Below, piece after piece: positions 21,189 through 31,467 of a stretch of DNA of 64,000 bases; positions within the stretch are counted from its first letter, which is position 1; the number at the start of each line of letters is the position of its first letter. The DNA is from Andalucia godoyi And28 (taxonomy: Eukaryota > Protista > Jakobida): NCBI GenBank assembly GCA_009859145.1, contig VRVR01000049.1, positions 124,001 to 188,000 on the forward strand. The letters run 5' to 3'. Under the pieces are notes generated by a model, which had not been told where the DNA came from, searched no databases, and saw only the letters and a list, made by a program, of their open reading frames with translations. The translations under genes were made by a program, and so were the position numbers.

Positions 21189-21871
21189 CACCTCGTCAAT
21201 TATTATTTACTATTTTTGTTGCGCAGTCGACACTTTGACACTTTGGTACTTTTCAGATGGGCCCCAGCTGCCTTCTATCGTCCCATCCACCATCACTCCA
21301 TTCCTTATCTAGTTTTTGTTTTCCATCTTGTTTTTGCTTCGTTGTTGTTTTTGCCAGACTCGCTAGCATCAAAGCCAAACAGAAAAGAAAATAAGCAGCA
21401 GGTAAAAAATAAATGAAGTGAATATGGCATTTTCTACGAGCTTTGTCGCACACAGACGAAATGTTCACTGCAGCGTTTAACGTCACGTGAAACGAACCGA
21501 CAGTCGCGACGTCCCATTTTTTAAAATTAAATTAAGGCAGCACAGAGTGGAATATTTAACACTCCTGCAAACCTCAATTCTTCGCTAGAAACTCTCCCCC
21601 ACCGCTTCCAACTGCACTTCTCTTGGGCGGTTCTTGCAGTTCTTTATTCTTCTTTTGAAAACTATTAATATACGAATATTGCGTATTCAGCACAGAGTGT
21701 GGACGGGACGCGATTGGCAGACATGCGGACAAGCAAACCGACATTGACCCATAAATGCAACAAATACTTCCCTTTTGATTTCCAAAGACCAGACATACGG
21801 CATACAGAGAACAACAACGAAATCTGGCAATGAGAAAAACAAACAGAAAAAGAAGGAAGAACGAAGAAGAA

Positions 21872-21933
21872 AGAAGAACGAAGAACGAAGAACGAAGAAC
21901 GAAGAACGAAGAACGAAGAACGAAGAACGAAGA
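21872..21933 (+). repeat. (GAAGAAC)n heptamer tandem repeat
   Basis: About 8-9 contiguous copies, no spacers. Confidence 0.9.
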
Positions 21934-22040
21934 AAGCAACTGGACTTTCCCTCTAGCTTACATACACAACACATTCTTAAAAACAAACATGCAAACAAAC
22001 AGACGGAGAGCAATAGCAGTAGCAGAAAGAAAAATAGCGA

Positions 22041-23426
22041 TTAGAAACCAGAAAGAGAAGGGCCGCGGATAGGGGATCCAGAATTGTTTCGCAGCATTTC
22101 TTCATACAGATCAATGTACGAACCGGGAATGGCACAGTCAGTGTCTCTAAACATTGCAACAAACACACGTTCCACGGCTTCTTTCGCTGCTCCTTTGACC
22201 TGGATAAAGACATCATGCCCGAGCTGTTCTACCTTGTCGATAGACAGAACGACTGGTTCACACGTCTCGAGCTCAACGGACTCGCGATGCAACACAGCGC
22301 CAATCTGGTATCCAAGTCCCATAAGCCCGCCGAGTGTCTTTACAGAGACCGTGAACTCCATTCGCTTTGAAATCGAATACGGTCCGTCTTCCTGGACTTC
22401 CGAAAATAACACCGAGTACCTGCCGTTGAAATTGCGAAGGCGGATCCAGGACTTGCAGTCATGAGGCGACATGCTGGGCGGATGAAGATAAATGTCGTAG
22501 TACTTCTCTGTCTTGGCTGACACGTACTTTTTCGTCAGTTCCGCAGCTTCCTGCTTTGTGACCTTTGTCTTGATGGAGAACAGACCTTCGACAACCGACG
22601 AAAACGGATTGAACTTGTTCACGATGCGGATATCTGCTGTCATCAAATGCGGCTCGATGAACGCCTTGTACATCGGATAGACGGTCTGTGTAATCTGGTC
22701 AATAATGTCCTTTGCACCTTGGCCCGTCCGGGTCATGTCTCTCATGACTCGTTTCACCAAATCATAATGAACTCCACCGGAAACAGAGACGGTAAGGTCG
22801 TAAAGGTGTCGAAGCGATGGTTGCAGCGCATACGTTCCTTCCACAATGAGCACTCCATTCGACGGCGGAACGAGAGTCTGGTACGCATACCGCCCGGACT
22901 TGCGAAAGTCGTACAGTGGCGATTCCGTCGGTTTTCCTTCCTGGATTTCCATGATGTTCTTTGCCAACAGGTCAAAGTCGATCAACCGAAAATCATCAAA
23001 GTTCTCATCAATCACAGTGCGCGATGCATCCAGATAATTGTCCATGGAAATAATGAGTGTTTCAGGCAAAAACAAGTGAATCTTGTCCGCAATCGACGTC
23101 TTTCCTGCACCAGAAGGCCCTGCAATCGCCACAAACACTGTCCCCCCATTTGCATTTTTCAAGTCAACAATCGCCTTGTGCAGCACATCCACTCCCGTTT
23201 CAAAGTCCAACGTCACAGGAAGCGCATCAATGACAAATCGGCCACTCCGCGCAGTCGACGGAACAATCTTGAGTTCAGGAGCATGCACAGCACCCGCAGC
23301 AGCAGCCCCAGCACTGCCAGGAAACGACGAAGACCTCAGCAACGATGGTGGCGACATAGCAGTCGAAGAACCCGAGGAAGACGCAGAGGGACTCAATGGA
23401 TTATGAATCGGCAGCGGAGCAGACAT
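22041..23426 (-). CDS. Uridine-kinase-like P-loop domain fused to a CYTH domain (TTM1/2-like)
   Basis: AIAGPSGAGKT, ISMDNY, NFDDFRL, PLYDF, IVEGTYAL, LVKRVMRD, then YYDIYLHPP...WIRLRN, LGGLMGLGY (CYTH). Confidence 0.85.
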   Translation of the reverse strand: MSAPLPIHNPLSPSASSSGSSTAMSPPSLLRSSSFPGSAGAAAAGAVHAPELKIVPSTARSGRFVIDALPVTLDFETGVDVLHKAIVDLKNANGGTVFVAIAGPSGAGKTSIADKIHLFLPETLIISMDNYLDASRTVIDENFDDFRLIDFDLLAKNIMEIQEGKPTESPLYDFRKSGRYAYQTLVPPSNGVLIVEGTYALQPSLRHLYDLTVSVSGGVHYDLVKRVMRDMTRTGQGAKDIIDQITQTVYPMYKAFIEPHLMTADIRIVNKFNPFSSVVEGLFSIKTKVTKQEAAELTKKYVSAKTEKYYDIYLHPPSMSPHDCKSWIRLRNFNGRYSVLFSEVQEDGPYSISKRMEFTVSVKTLGGLMGLGYQIGAVLHRESVELETCEPVVLSIDKVEQLGHDVFIQVKGAAKEAVERVFVAMFRDTDCAIPGSYIDLYEEMLRNNSGSPIRGPSLSGF

Positions 23427-23507
23427 GTGAAAAGAAACCAAGGTTGAAAATGACTACAATCAAGCCCCAGGGAGATACAGAAACGAATGCAATGAGCACT
23501 ACTAATT

Positions 23508-23588
23508 AACACACACACACACGAACACACACACACTCTCTCTCTCTCTCACACACACACACACTCTCTCTCTCTCTCTCTATCTCTC
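23508..23588 (+). repeat. Compound (AC)n/(TC)n microsatellite
   Basis: Direct reading of the sequence. Confidence 0.85.
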
Positions 23589-23766
23589 CACAGTGAAAAA
23601 ATGAAAGGATGAAGCAAATGAAATGTACTGTCGTCCATTCGTGTGCAGCTGTTTTTCGGCAGACGCGCTAGCATCAAGCAAAGTACAGCAGGTGGAAGTC
23701 CAAGATACGGGCTTTTCACGAGTCTGTCGATTTCGATTTCCCAAAGATCCAGGCAAATGCGCGGAA

Positions 23767-24313
23767 ACCGTTGAATAATACCACGTCATTGTCATGCATA
23801 CGGAAGTATGAATAAACAGACACGGTCAATACTGGCCGACACTAGCACGTTTGCTTCACAGGAATTCGTGCTTACGCACGCTCGGCCAGAATTCAGTCTG
23901 GTTTTTGGTTTCGCTTTTTTTAATTCAAATATGAGCGTGGGTGCGCTGGGATGACGCATTCGCCTGCGCCTACGCCGCTCGATACAGGGCCTCCTAGGTC
24001 CCGCAGACCTCCTAAGAGAGCACGTGTCACTACGCCTACCGCCTCTTCCTCTCGTATCTCCAGGTGCATCAATCGCTGCAACCGAGGACACGAAAGCGCC
24101 TGCTGCTAGGGCCGTCAGAATCAAAAAATGCACCCTTCTCAGGAACCACGTGTCACGCTGAGAACGTGGCTCACCGATTGATCGAGATTGGGAACGGAGC
24201 GCGGAACATCTATCTGAAGAATGCTGTGAGACGTGTTGGGGGCCTATCTCCTTTCCGGCGACGGGATGCAAGATTGAATATGCTTGTCTATTCGTAGATA
24301 TGCATGCTCAGTG
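23767..24313. repeat. Dispersed non-coding element, copy 2 (blocks 23767-23896 and 23923-24313)
   Basis: Same orientation and block order as 11791-12404, but with an unrelated, shorter, T-rich spacer. Confidence 0.9.
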
Positions 24314-24674
24314 CATAACGCAGGCGTTGAGTGCTCCGCTGCTGCTTATGTTGTGGGCTTCTGCACGTAATCATCATCATCACCATTACCGTCATCGTCA
24401 TGGTCATCGTCTTCTTCGTCCCACCAGACGCATCCTTTTCTCCCGACGCAGCCGTTGCGGCCGTTCCCAGTTCGGCACACAAAGATGAATGTTCACCGCA
24501 GCGTTCTCGTCACGTGAGTGCACACACCGACGAGAGTGGTGGTGGGTGGGGCCGATTGCACAAGCCGAACAAAGAGGACGTCAATTTCGTTTGACGATTT
24601 TTTGAATGACATGCGAATATTGGGGGGAACTGGTTGTTTTATTAATTACGAAACCCGTACGACAGAATCCGGCT

Positions 24675-26312
24675 TTAGTATCCGGAGAAGGCATTCTGGG
24701 GCAGGAACTGGATTCCGGAAGGAATGATGGTCGCCTTTTCGACAGAGGATTCCATTGCCCGGATTCCCATGAGTTTAACGTACTGTGATACGGTCGATTC
24801 AAACAGAGCTTTGTCTGGACAGTCTGGCGAGGTTCCCAAAGCAGAGATCTGAGACTTCATCTGCTGGATTTCAGCGTCGAGTGTTGCTTCGGCTGTGGAT
24901 CGCTGCGCAGCGACTCTGGCCTTAACTTGCTCAATCTCGGACAGCCCTTCGATCCTGATCTTCTCCAGCGTATCACGCTCAATGTTCTTATTCTCAGCCT
25001 CGATCACGGACTGGCGCATCAGTGCAAGCTCGCATTCGTGGTGGATCTGCTCCTTCTCTGCAGAAATCTGCGCTGCATCCTCGAGCTTAGCACACAGTGC
25101 CTTCATCGATGCCTTGAGGGCCTGGTTCAGCAGCTGGGCAATTTCTTCGTCGATGGGAACTAGTGACTTGATGTCAAGGTCGAACACATAGAACTGGTTC
25201 TCCGGGAAGAGACGGCCGACTGTTGGCAATCCAGGTAATATGCTTGTGTACGACTTAAAGAGACGGTTTTTGAGCATTTCGTTCGCGCGCGTATGGAACG
25301 TTTCAAAGTCATGCTGAGCAGCTTCTTCGCGGATGCGCGAAGCAAGAGACGCGCATGCGTTGCCGATGAAATCCTCGGTTTGGAACACCTTGAATAAGTC
25401 CGTTTTCTTGGACCTGTCCACCATGAAGCACCACTTGTACGAAATGTCGAGTTGCAGAACTGCATTGTCCTTTGTACGCACAATAAACCGATCATTCATG
25501 AAGTCCTGGCCAATTCGAATCTTCGCAGCCACAATCTGGTTCTCCCGCTTTGGAATCCCTGCGCTGATGGACATCACCTTGATGTTTTCATGCGGCTGAA
25601 GCAAGTGCACGCACGGTCCAAGAATCACGTCCTGTTCATTCGTCTCGCGATTAATGACGCATACACACTCATCATCCGCCAATGCAACCGAAAATGCAAA
25701 AATCGAAGGCGAATGGTCAATGCCGAGCGCCGAACACTCTCGGTAGCTCAGTGTTCGAGCGTACCGTTCCTCATCCACTTCGAGCGAGTACACACATGGC
25801 CCAAGAACAAGCCTGACTTTTCCATCCTTGAGTGACCGAACGTACAAGGCAGAGTTGTTGGCAATGGTCACGGCGTCCTCGACTCGCACAACCTGATCCA
25901 CAACCGAAGGAATGTACCGGCACGGACCCGCCACTTTGAACAAGGTTCCTGGCTGGTATTTTGCGTGCCCCTTCAGCGCCTGGCACACAAGAGACTGATT
26001 CTGATTCAAAACATGGACTCTTCGAATCTCGTTCTGTTCAATCACTTCTTGCGGATACAGCGCAAACTCGGTTGGGCCCGCGCGCACTTCCCGACAGCCG
26101 AATTTGTACTGCAAAGTCTTTTTGTCCCACGGCGAAACAATGACCGCATACTGATTCTCATTCAGCACCGTCTTTTTAGACTTGCGTTCAAGAGTCATGT
26201 GGGGGTCAAGCACAATTCTCGCCGGCCCAGGAACAACCGTCTGCGAACCATCGTTGGTGTTGAGCAACACACAGTATTCATCTCGAAACAGCACAATCAG
26301 ATCATTGTCCAT
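24675..26312 (-). CDS. Shortened major vault protein homologue A (545 aa)
   Basis: Five MVP-type repeats (e.g. AVTIANNSALYVRSLKDGKVRLVLGP), shoulder domain (SISAGIPKRE...GQDFMND...RTKDNAVLQLDISYKWCF...EDFIGNACASLASRIR...FETFH), LDIKSLVPID leading into a long cap helix. Confidence 0.88.
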   Translation of the reverse strand: MDNDLIVLFRDEYCVLLNTNDGSQTVVPGPARIVLDPHMTLERKSKKTVLNENQYAVIVSPWDKKTLQYKFGCREVRAGPTEFALYPQEVIEQNEIRRVHVLNQNQSLVCQALKGHAKYQPGTLFKVAGPCRYIPSVVDQVVRVEDAVTIANNSALYVRSLKDGKVRLVLGPCVYSLEVDEERYARTLSYRECSALGIDHSPSIFAFSVALADDECVCVINRETNEQDVILGPCVHLLQPHENIKVMSISAGIPKRENQIVAAKIRIGQDFMNDRFIVRTKDNAVLQLDISYKWCFMVDRSKKTDLFKVFQTEDFIGNACASLASRIREEAAQHDFETFHTRANEMLKNRLFKSYTSILPGLPTVGRLFPENQFYVFDLDIKSLVPIDEEIAQLLNQALKASMKALCAKLEDAAQISAEKEQIHHECELALMRQSVIEAENKNIERDTLEKIRIEGLSEIEQVKARVAAQRSTAEATLDAEIQQMKSQISALGTSPDCPDKALFESTVSQYVKLMGIRAMESSVEKATIIPSGIQFLPQNAFSGY

Positions 26313-26743
26313 TCTTTTCTTCTACTGCTACTGCTACTGCTACTGCTACTGCTGCTGCTGCTGCTCGAGCGTCTCTTACTCGTCTCTTCTTTCTTTTATT
26401 AGAGTGTGAAGCTAACAGAAACTGTTTGAGCAGTAACCACAGAAGAATGGGTTCGTTGTGTGTGGACTGTATGCGATGCAAGGTTGGGAGCCGAATCTGA
26501 TCCGCAACCGTCAGTCCATGTCAGAAACAAAAAGGTGACCATTGGTGCGCCCTGACCTGCTTGATGCGGAAAGAATCGGATTCCGATTCTGACAATGCTG
26601 TGTGACACTTGGCAGATTTTCCAGTTGTTGGACATATATTATGTTGCCTGTGCACGTTTTTATTTATTAATTAATTAATTTATTATTTTGATCCTTTCTT
26701 CCCTTTTTTGATTGATTGCAAAGGCTGAAAAAAAGGACTGGAG

Positions 26744-28402
26744 ATGCCCCCGAAAAAGATTGTGACGACGAGTACTGCGACGATTCTGCGCACGAACGAG
26801 TTTGTGTATGTGCAGAATAAGGACACGGGCGCTGTTGCTGTCCACCAAGGGCCTCGGCGAGTGACACTGAGTGGCAATGAATCGTTTATTTCCGACATTC
26901 ACCAAGCAACAGTGATTTCGGAGCGCCAGTACATCATTGTGCTGAACTATCAAGGGAACATGGGTTCTCGCAAGGTGATTCACGGCCCGTGTTCCTACAC
27001 GCTTGCGTATGGCGAGAGTCTTGAAGATGGGATCGTGAAAGAAATGTGCTTGCTGATGCCTAACGAAGCGCTCTTGGTGGAATCAAACTGCAAGACCGAC
27101 ACTCGTGAGGCCGGTGAACGGTACTTGGTGCAAGGTCCGTGTCAGTTCGTGCCTTCGGAAACTGAAAATGTGCTGAAGCAGTACGAAACGATGCAACTCG
27201 GACTTAATGAGGGAATATACGTGAAGAATGTGAACACTTCGCAGATTCGGCTTGTGCAGGGTCCGTGTGCGTACATGCTGACGGCCGAAGAAGAGCTGCA
27301 CAGTATCTCCTATGCGGGTACGGGAATGGATGTGTCACTCCAGACGGATCTTGCAAACCGACCGTTCGAGTTCTCTGCGTTGGCAGTGCAACTTGAGGAA
27401 GGAGAGGGAATCATGGTAGAGGATCTGGAGAACAGTCGGTCAAGGTGCATTCTCGGACCGCGTTCCGTTGTTCTGAACCCGTCTGAACGCGTCCGAACAC
27501 TCAGGCTTTCTGCGGGAAAACCAAAGGTGTGCAATGTTTTACAGATATCCAAGTTGAAGATTGGACCAATCCCTACCTCGGATCTCATCACCGTCTTCAC
27601 CAAGGATAACGCGGGACTGGCGATCCTCATTACGTACACGTTTGTGTTCCTCGTCACCGAGGAGACTGCACACAAGATGTTCTTGCTGAACGACCCCATT
27701 GGGCACTTGTGTGCTTCCGTGTGCTCCGACATCCGCGAGCTCGCAACAAAGTACACGTTTGAAGAGTTCCACAACGGCACTGTGTCACTTATTTCGAAAG
27801 CAATCTTCAAGCATCTTGCCAATCTAACGAATCCGTCGGAAGATCCGGTTCCCATTTCCGAAGGACCAAAGGGCTCAGCAAACCCAAAATACGCATCGTG
27901 GACAGCGTGCAGGTGGTTTGCTTCCAACCGCATGTGTCTGTATGGAATTGATGTGAAACAGGTCAATCCCACTTCTGCGGAAATTGGATCCTTGCTTTCG
28001 GAGTCCATCAAGAGCAACATGTCGATCGTGTGCAAGAAGATGGAGCAGCAGGCGCAGCTTGAGCTTCAGAAGGGTCGGCTTGCCGGCCAGTCTCAGATTG
28101 CAGAGCTCAGGGGCCAGCTTATCGCCCTGCAGAATGAGAACTACAGGCTCGAAACCCTGGAGCGTGCCAAGATCCAAGGCCTTGCCGACGTGGAGCGTGC
28201 GAAGTACAAATCGCAAGGAATTGCCATGCAGGGTGAGCTTGACTCGGATATAGAACGGCAGAAGATCGTCCGCACCGTGAACATTCTTTCGGCCAATGGC
28301 GGAGATCGTTACATTGAGCTGGAGCGCATTCGTGGCTTGAGCAAGGTCCGCCAGAACTGGGTGATTCCCACGTCGTCCTCCCTCAACGTGCTTCCCCACT
28401 AG
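26744..28402 (+). CDS. Shortened major vault protein homologue B (552 aa)
   Basis: Five MVP-type repeats (e.g. MQLGLNEGIYVKNVNTSQIRLVQGP), shoulder (LRLSAGKPK...KIGP..TSDLITVFTKDNAGL...DPIGHLCASVCSDIR...FEEFH), GIDVKQVNP leading into a cap helix. Confidence 0.88.
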   Translation: MPPKKIVTTSTATILRTNEFVYVQNKDTGAVAVHQGPRRVTLSGNESFISDIHQATVISERQYIIVLNYQGNMGSRKVIHGPCSYTLAYGESLEDGIVKEMCLLMPNEALLVESNCKTDTREAGERYLVQGPCQFVPSETENVLKQYETMQLGLNEGIYVKNVNTSQIRLVQGPCAYMLTAEEELHSISYAGTGMDVSLQTDLANRPFEFSALAVQLEEGEGIMVEDLENSRSRCILGPRSVVLNPSERVRTLRLSAGKPKVCNVLQISKLKIGPIPTSDLITVFTKDNAGLAILITYTFVFLVTEETAHKMFLLNDPIGHLCASVCSDIRELATKYTFEEFHNGTVSLISKAIFKHLANLTNPSEDPVPISEGPKGSANPKYASWTACRWFASNRMCLYGIDVKQVNPTSAEIGSLLSESIKSNMSIVCKKMEQQAQLELQKGRLAGQSQIAELRGQLIALQNENYRLETLERAKIQGLADVERAKYKSQGIAMQGELDSDIERQKIVRTVNILSANGGDRYIELERIRGLSKVRQNWVIPTSSSLNVLPH

Positions 28403-28600
28403 TCACCTGTGCGCTCTCTCGATATCAACGGTCAGTTGGCATATGAAACTTCCGGTATCGTCCCGAGTAATGTTTCTGCTTCTTCTTAATTAATTAATCA
28501 CAATAGCAATTAAAAAAAGAACCAACATCAAAAGACATGCTATTCTACAAAATAATATTTACACGAGCTCCCTCCTGCCACCACTACTGAGGCTTTCCAT

Positions 28601-30247
28601 TCAGCTGCCTGAAGTGTCTGCAGGGGCGAGAGAAACGGACACGGTCGCATCAAGCAAACAAGAGTTCTTTGGACACTGCACACCAGCAGCACGCATTCGA
28701 GAAACCCAGCTGGGATTGACATTGCAGACAACCTTCTCGGCACGGACAACGCTTTCCATACCGTCTAAGATTCTTGAAACGTCCACGTCAAAGGACCCCA
28801 CATGTGTCCACGTCTCACCATCTTGAATCAGCAAGTGCAGCACGACCAAATGATTTCTTCTCCAGGCAAGTGCTGCAGCTGCATCCGCCTCCACGACAGC
28901 GCTTGCGGAGCCAATTGGAGACGAGAGGAGCATGCTGCTTGACGCCGAAAACGGAACGCGAACCACGGGAGAAGTAGGGGATGCAGAGCAGCGGATGCTC
29001 AGTTGGAAGTTCCGAGTTTCCGAAGACGGTGAAATCAGCTCGAGTCCCTGCAGAGACGCTATGTCCACTTTGAATGCCAGTTTTGCACAAGTATCCTCGC
29101 GAAATAGCACTTCAAAACCAGGGGGATCGCGCTCTTCGTCTGCAACTTCAACGTCGTCAAGAGCAAAGAGATCCGGGAGGCTTCCGATCACGAATTTTCT
29201 GTAATCAGGATGGTGGAAGAACGGGTTGCCTACCAAAAAGAGAAGCTTCAGGCTGGGGCAATTCAGGCTGATATAGCGGATCGTCGACGCAAGATCCGAA
29301 AGCGCGTTGCATCTCAAATCCAGTGAAACAAGCTTGGGAAGCGGTGCTGTGCACAGCCAAGCAGCATCGGTCAAGTGATTGAACGCGAGGTTGAGATACA
29401 CGAGCGCACCTCCTTGCGGCAGGCTTGCGACCGTGTGAATCCGGTTTCCAGACATGCTAAGTTCTTCAAGGGCCGGAGGGAGGTGTTGCAAGACCGAGAT
29501 GTCATTGTTGATCGCCTTGAACTCCTTGATGCGCCCAAACTCTTCGAGCAACCCGTCGATTTCTGTGATCTTTGAGTCGCTCAGATCAACAGAAAGAAAC
29601 CAATTTGTAAGAAACGTGCAGTCGAATCGCACACAAGGAAGCATGTGAGGATCTAGCAATTGCGAAACCGGCAAAGTGGCCAGGAACCTCGACCGTTCCT
29701 TCCCCATAGCCGGCAACTTACCGGACCTTTCCAGTTCGGCAACGGCAGTCTTCGTCTTTGCTCCAGCCGTCATGGTCTGTTGCGTCTTTTTCACAGATGC
29801 ATTGAGAGTTGGCATGTGCGCAGCTGGAAGCGCTCTCATGGCCAGGCTGGTTGCCGCAGAGGGTTGCAGCAGGTTCATTCGTCGATAGCCCACCACCGCA
29901 GCGACCAAGCTACGCAGCGCGTCTGCTTCTGAACTCCATTTCCAGTCTACATGGATGCGATTGTCGTTTGCAGCAGGCAGTTCCCCCGATTCAAACCGGT
30001 CCATTGGATGCACAGCCGGCGGACCCACTTCATCCCCATTTCTGCTCATTGTCATGGACACATCCAGTGGCACAGGCAGTCTTCCACCCGTTTCCGTCCG
30101 CCAGTCACCACCATTGCTCGTGAACTGCGTTTGCTCAAGCTCGGATTTCAGTGCTGCAGGATCAAAACCAGCATCTTTGCACGTTACTTTAATTCGGTGC
30201 CACAAGACATGCGAGAGTGGCCGCGACCGGGAAGCATCCAAGTTCTG

Positions 30248-30250
<3 letters not shown>
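28601..30250 (-). CDS. Leucine-rich repeat protein with LRRcap and a C-terminal beta-rich region
   Basis: LxxLxLxxNxI repeats (LEELSMSGNRI, LVYLNLAFNHL, LVSLDLRCNAL) and cap LVGNPFFHHPDYRKFVIGSLPDLFALD. Confidence 0.8.
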
Positions 30251-30284
<34 letters not shown>

Positions 30285-30637
30285 CCCTCTTTCTGTTCTA
30301 GGCAAATAAAATTAATTAATTAATTAATCGGAATAATAAAAAAGGACAACCAAGAACCTGAACAAGAATCAATGCTGGACTGGAGGAATGCAGCATTAGG
30401 GAAAACGAACGTTGGGACCCAAATGGGAAAGCACACAGGAACTCAAACGACTCATCTCGTGTTTCCCCTGATTTTGACTGACCGTAGTGTAGCAGGGACT
30501 TTTTCATGCGTACGATGATGCGTGGATATTGACAATCCAGTGATGTCGTGTGTGTCTGTGTGTGTGTCTGTGTGTGTGTCTGTGTGTGTCTGTGTGTGTG
30601 CATGTCCTTGTGTGTGTGCGGACGTGTGTGATATAGT

Positions 30638-31186
30638 ATGGGTCTTGTGTATTCGAAGCCAATAGCGTACGCGCTTGGGTTTGCATATCCTGCGTATGCG
30701 TCATTCAAAGCACTGCAATCGTCCTCGTCCTCGTCTACCGGTAGGTGCTCGGAGGATCGCCAATGGTTGATGTACTGGATCGTGTATGCGCTGTTTACGT
30801 GCGGTGAGTACTTTACAGACAAGATCCTGTGGTGGTTTCCGTTCTACTACGCCGTGAAGATCCCCTTTATCCTCTATCTGCAGCACCCCAGAACGCGCGG
30901 TGCAGAGCAGTTGTACACAAGGTACGTGTCGCCGTTTTTCACAAGGAACGAGGCGGCCATTGACGAGCATTTGTCTGCGGGCGGTGGCAGGGCTGCCCAG
31001 CAGAAGTTTGCCGAGCTCTCGGACCAGGCTATGGCATTTGCACTCGAAAAGGCACGCGAATTCGCAGAAGACGAACTGCAGAAACAAACCGCAATCGCCC
31101 CATCCACAAGTTCCACCACCAGTTGCAGCAGTAGTAGCAATGGTAGTAATACTGGCGCTTCTGCAGTAAAATCCAAGAGCAATTGA
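30638..31186 (+). CDS. REEP/HVA22/TB2-DP1 family ER-shaping protein
   Basis: GFAYPAYASFKAL, QWLMYWIV, FPFYYAVK..ILYLQHPRTRGAEQLY. Confidence 0.92.
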   Translation: MGLVYSKPIAYALGFAYPAYASFKALQSSSSSSTGRCSEDRQWLMYWIVYALFTCGEYFTDKILWWFPFYYAVKIPFILYLQHPRTRGAEQLYTRYVSPFFTRNEAAIDEHLSAGGGRAAQQKFAELSDQAMAFALEKAREFAEDELQKQTAIAPSTSSTTSCSSSSNGSNTGASAVKSKSN

Positions 31187-31351
31187 GCAGGCCTGTTTGG
31201 TTTTCCCCCCTTTCTTTGCAACGGTCGTACCTGGTTGGCATCACGATTCACCTGCTGTTTAGTCCGTTTTCCTCGTTTTCCCTCCTTCTGCCAAATCCAT
31301 TTTTCCATTTTGTGAATCCGTCATAATACCAAACGAATCTCTCAGACCATC

Positions 31352-31393
31352 TCTTCTTCTTCTTCTTCTTCTTCTTCTTCTTCTTCTTCTTCT
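31352..31393 (+). repeat. (CTT)n microsatellite
   Basis: Direct reading of the sequence. Confidence 0.9.
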
Positions 31394-31467
31394 GTGCAGA
31401 ACACACACATTGGCTATAGATCACAGAGAGTACTTACACGCCCACCCTCTGATTAGCAGGACAAGGA

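Noticed and set aside
21872-21933. CRISPR-like array
   Set aside because: Contiguous heptamer microsatellite with no spacers, in a eukaryotic context.
23792-24271. 159-aa ORF across element copy 2
   Set aside because: The homologous copy is frameshifted by a 2-nt indel, and substitutions show no third-position bias.
24335-24480. Short minus-strand acidic frame (DEEDDDHDDDGNGDDDD)
   Set aside because: No start codon or clear acceptor site; explainable by (TCA)n-type trinucleotide drift.
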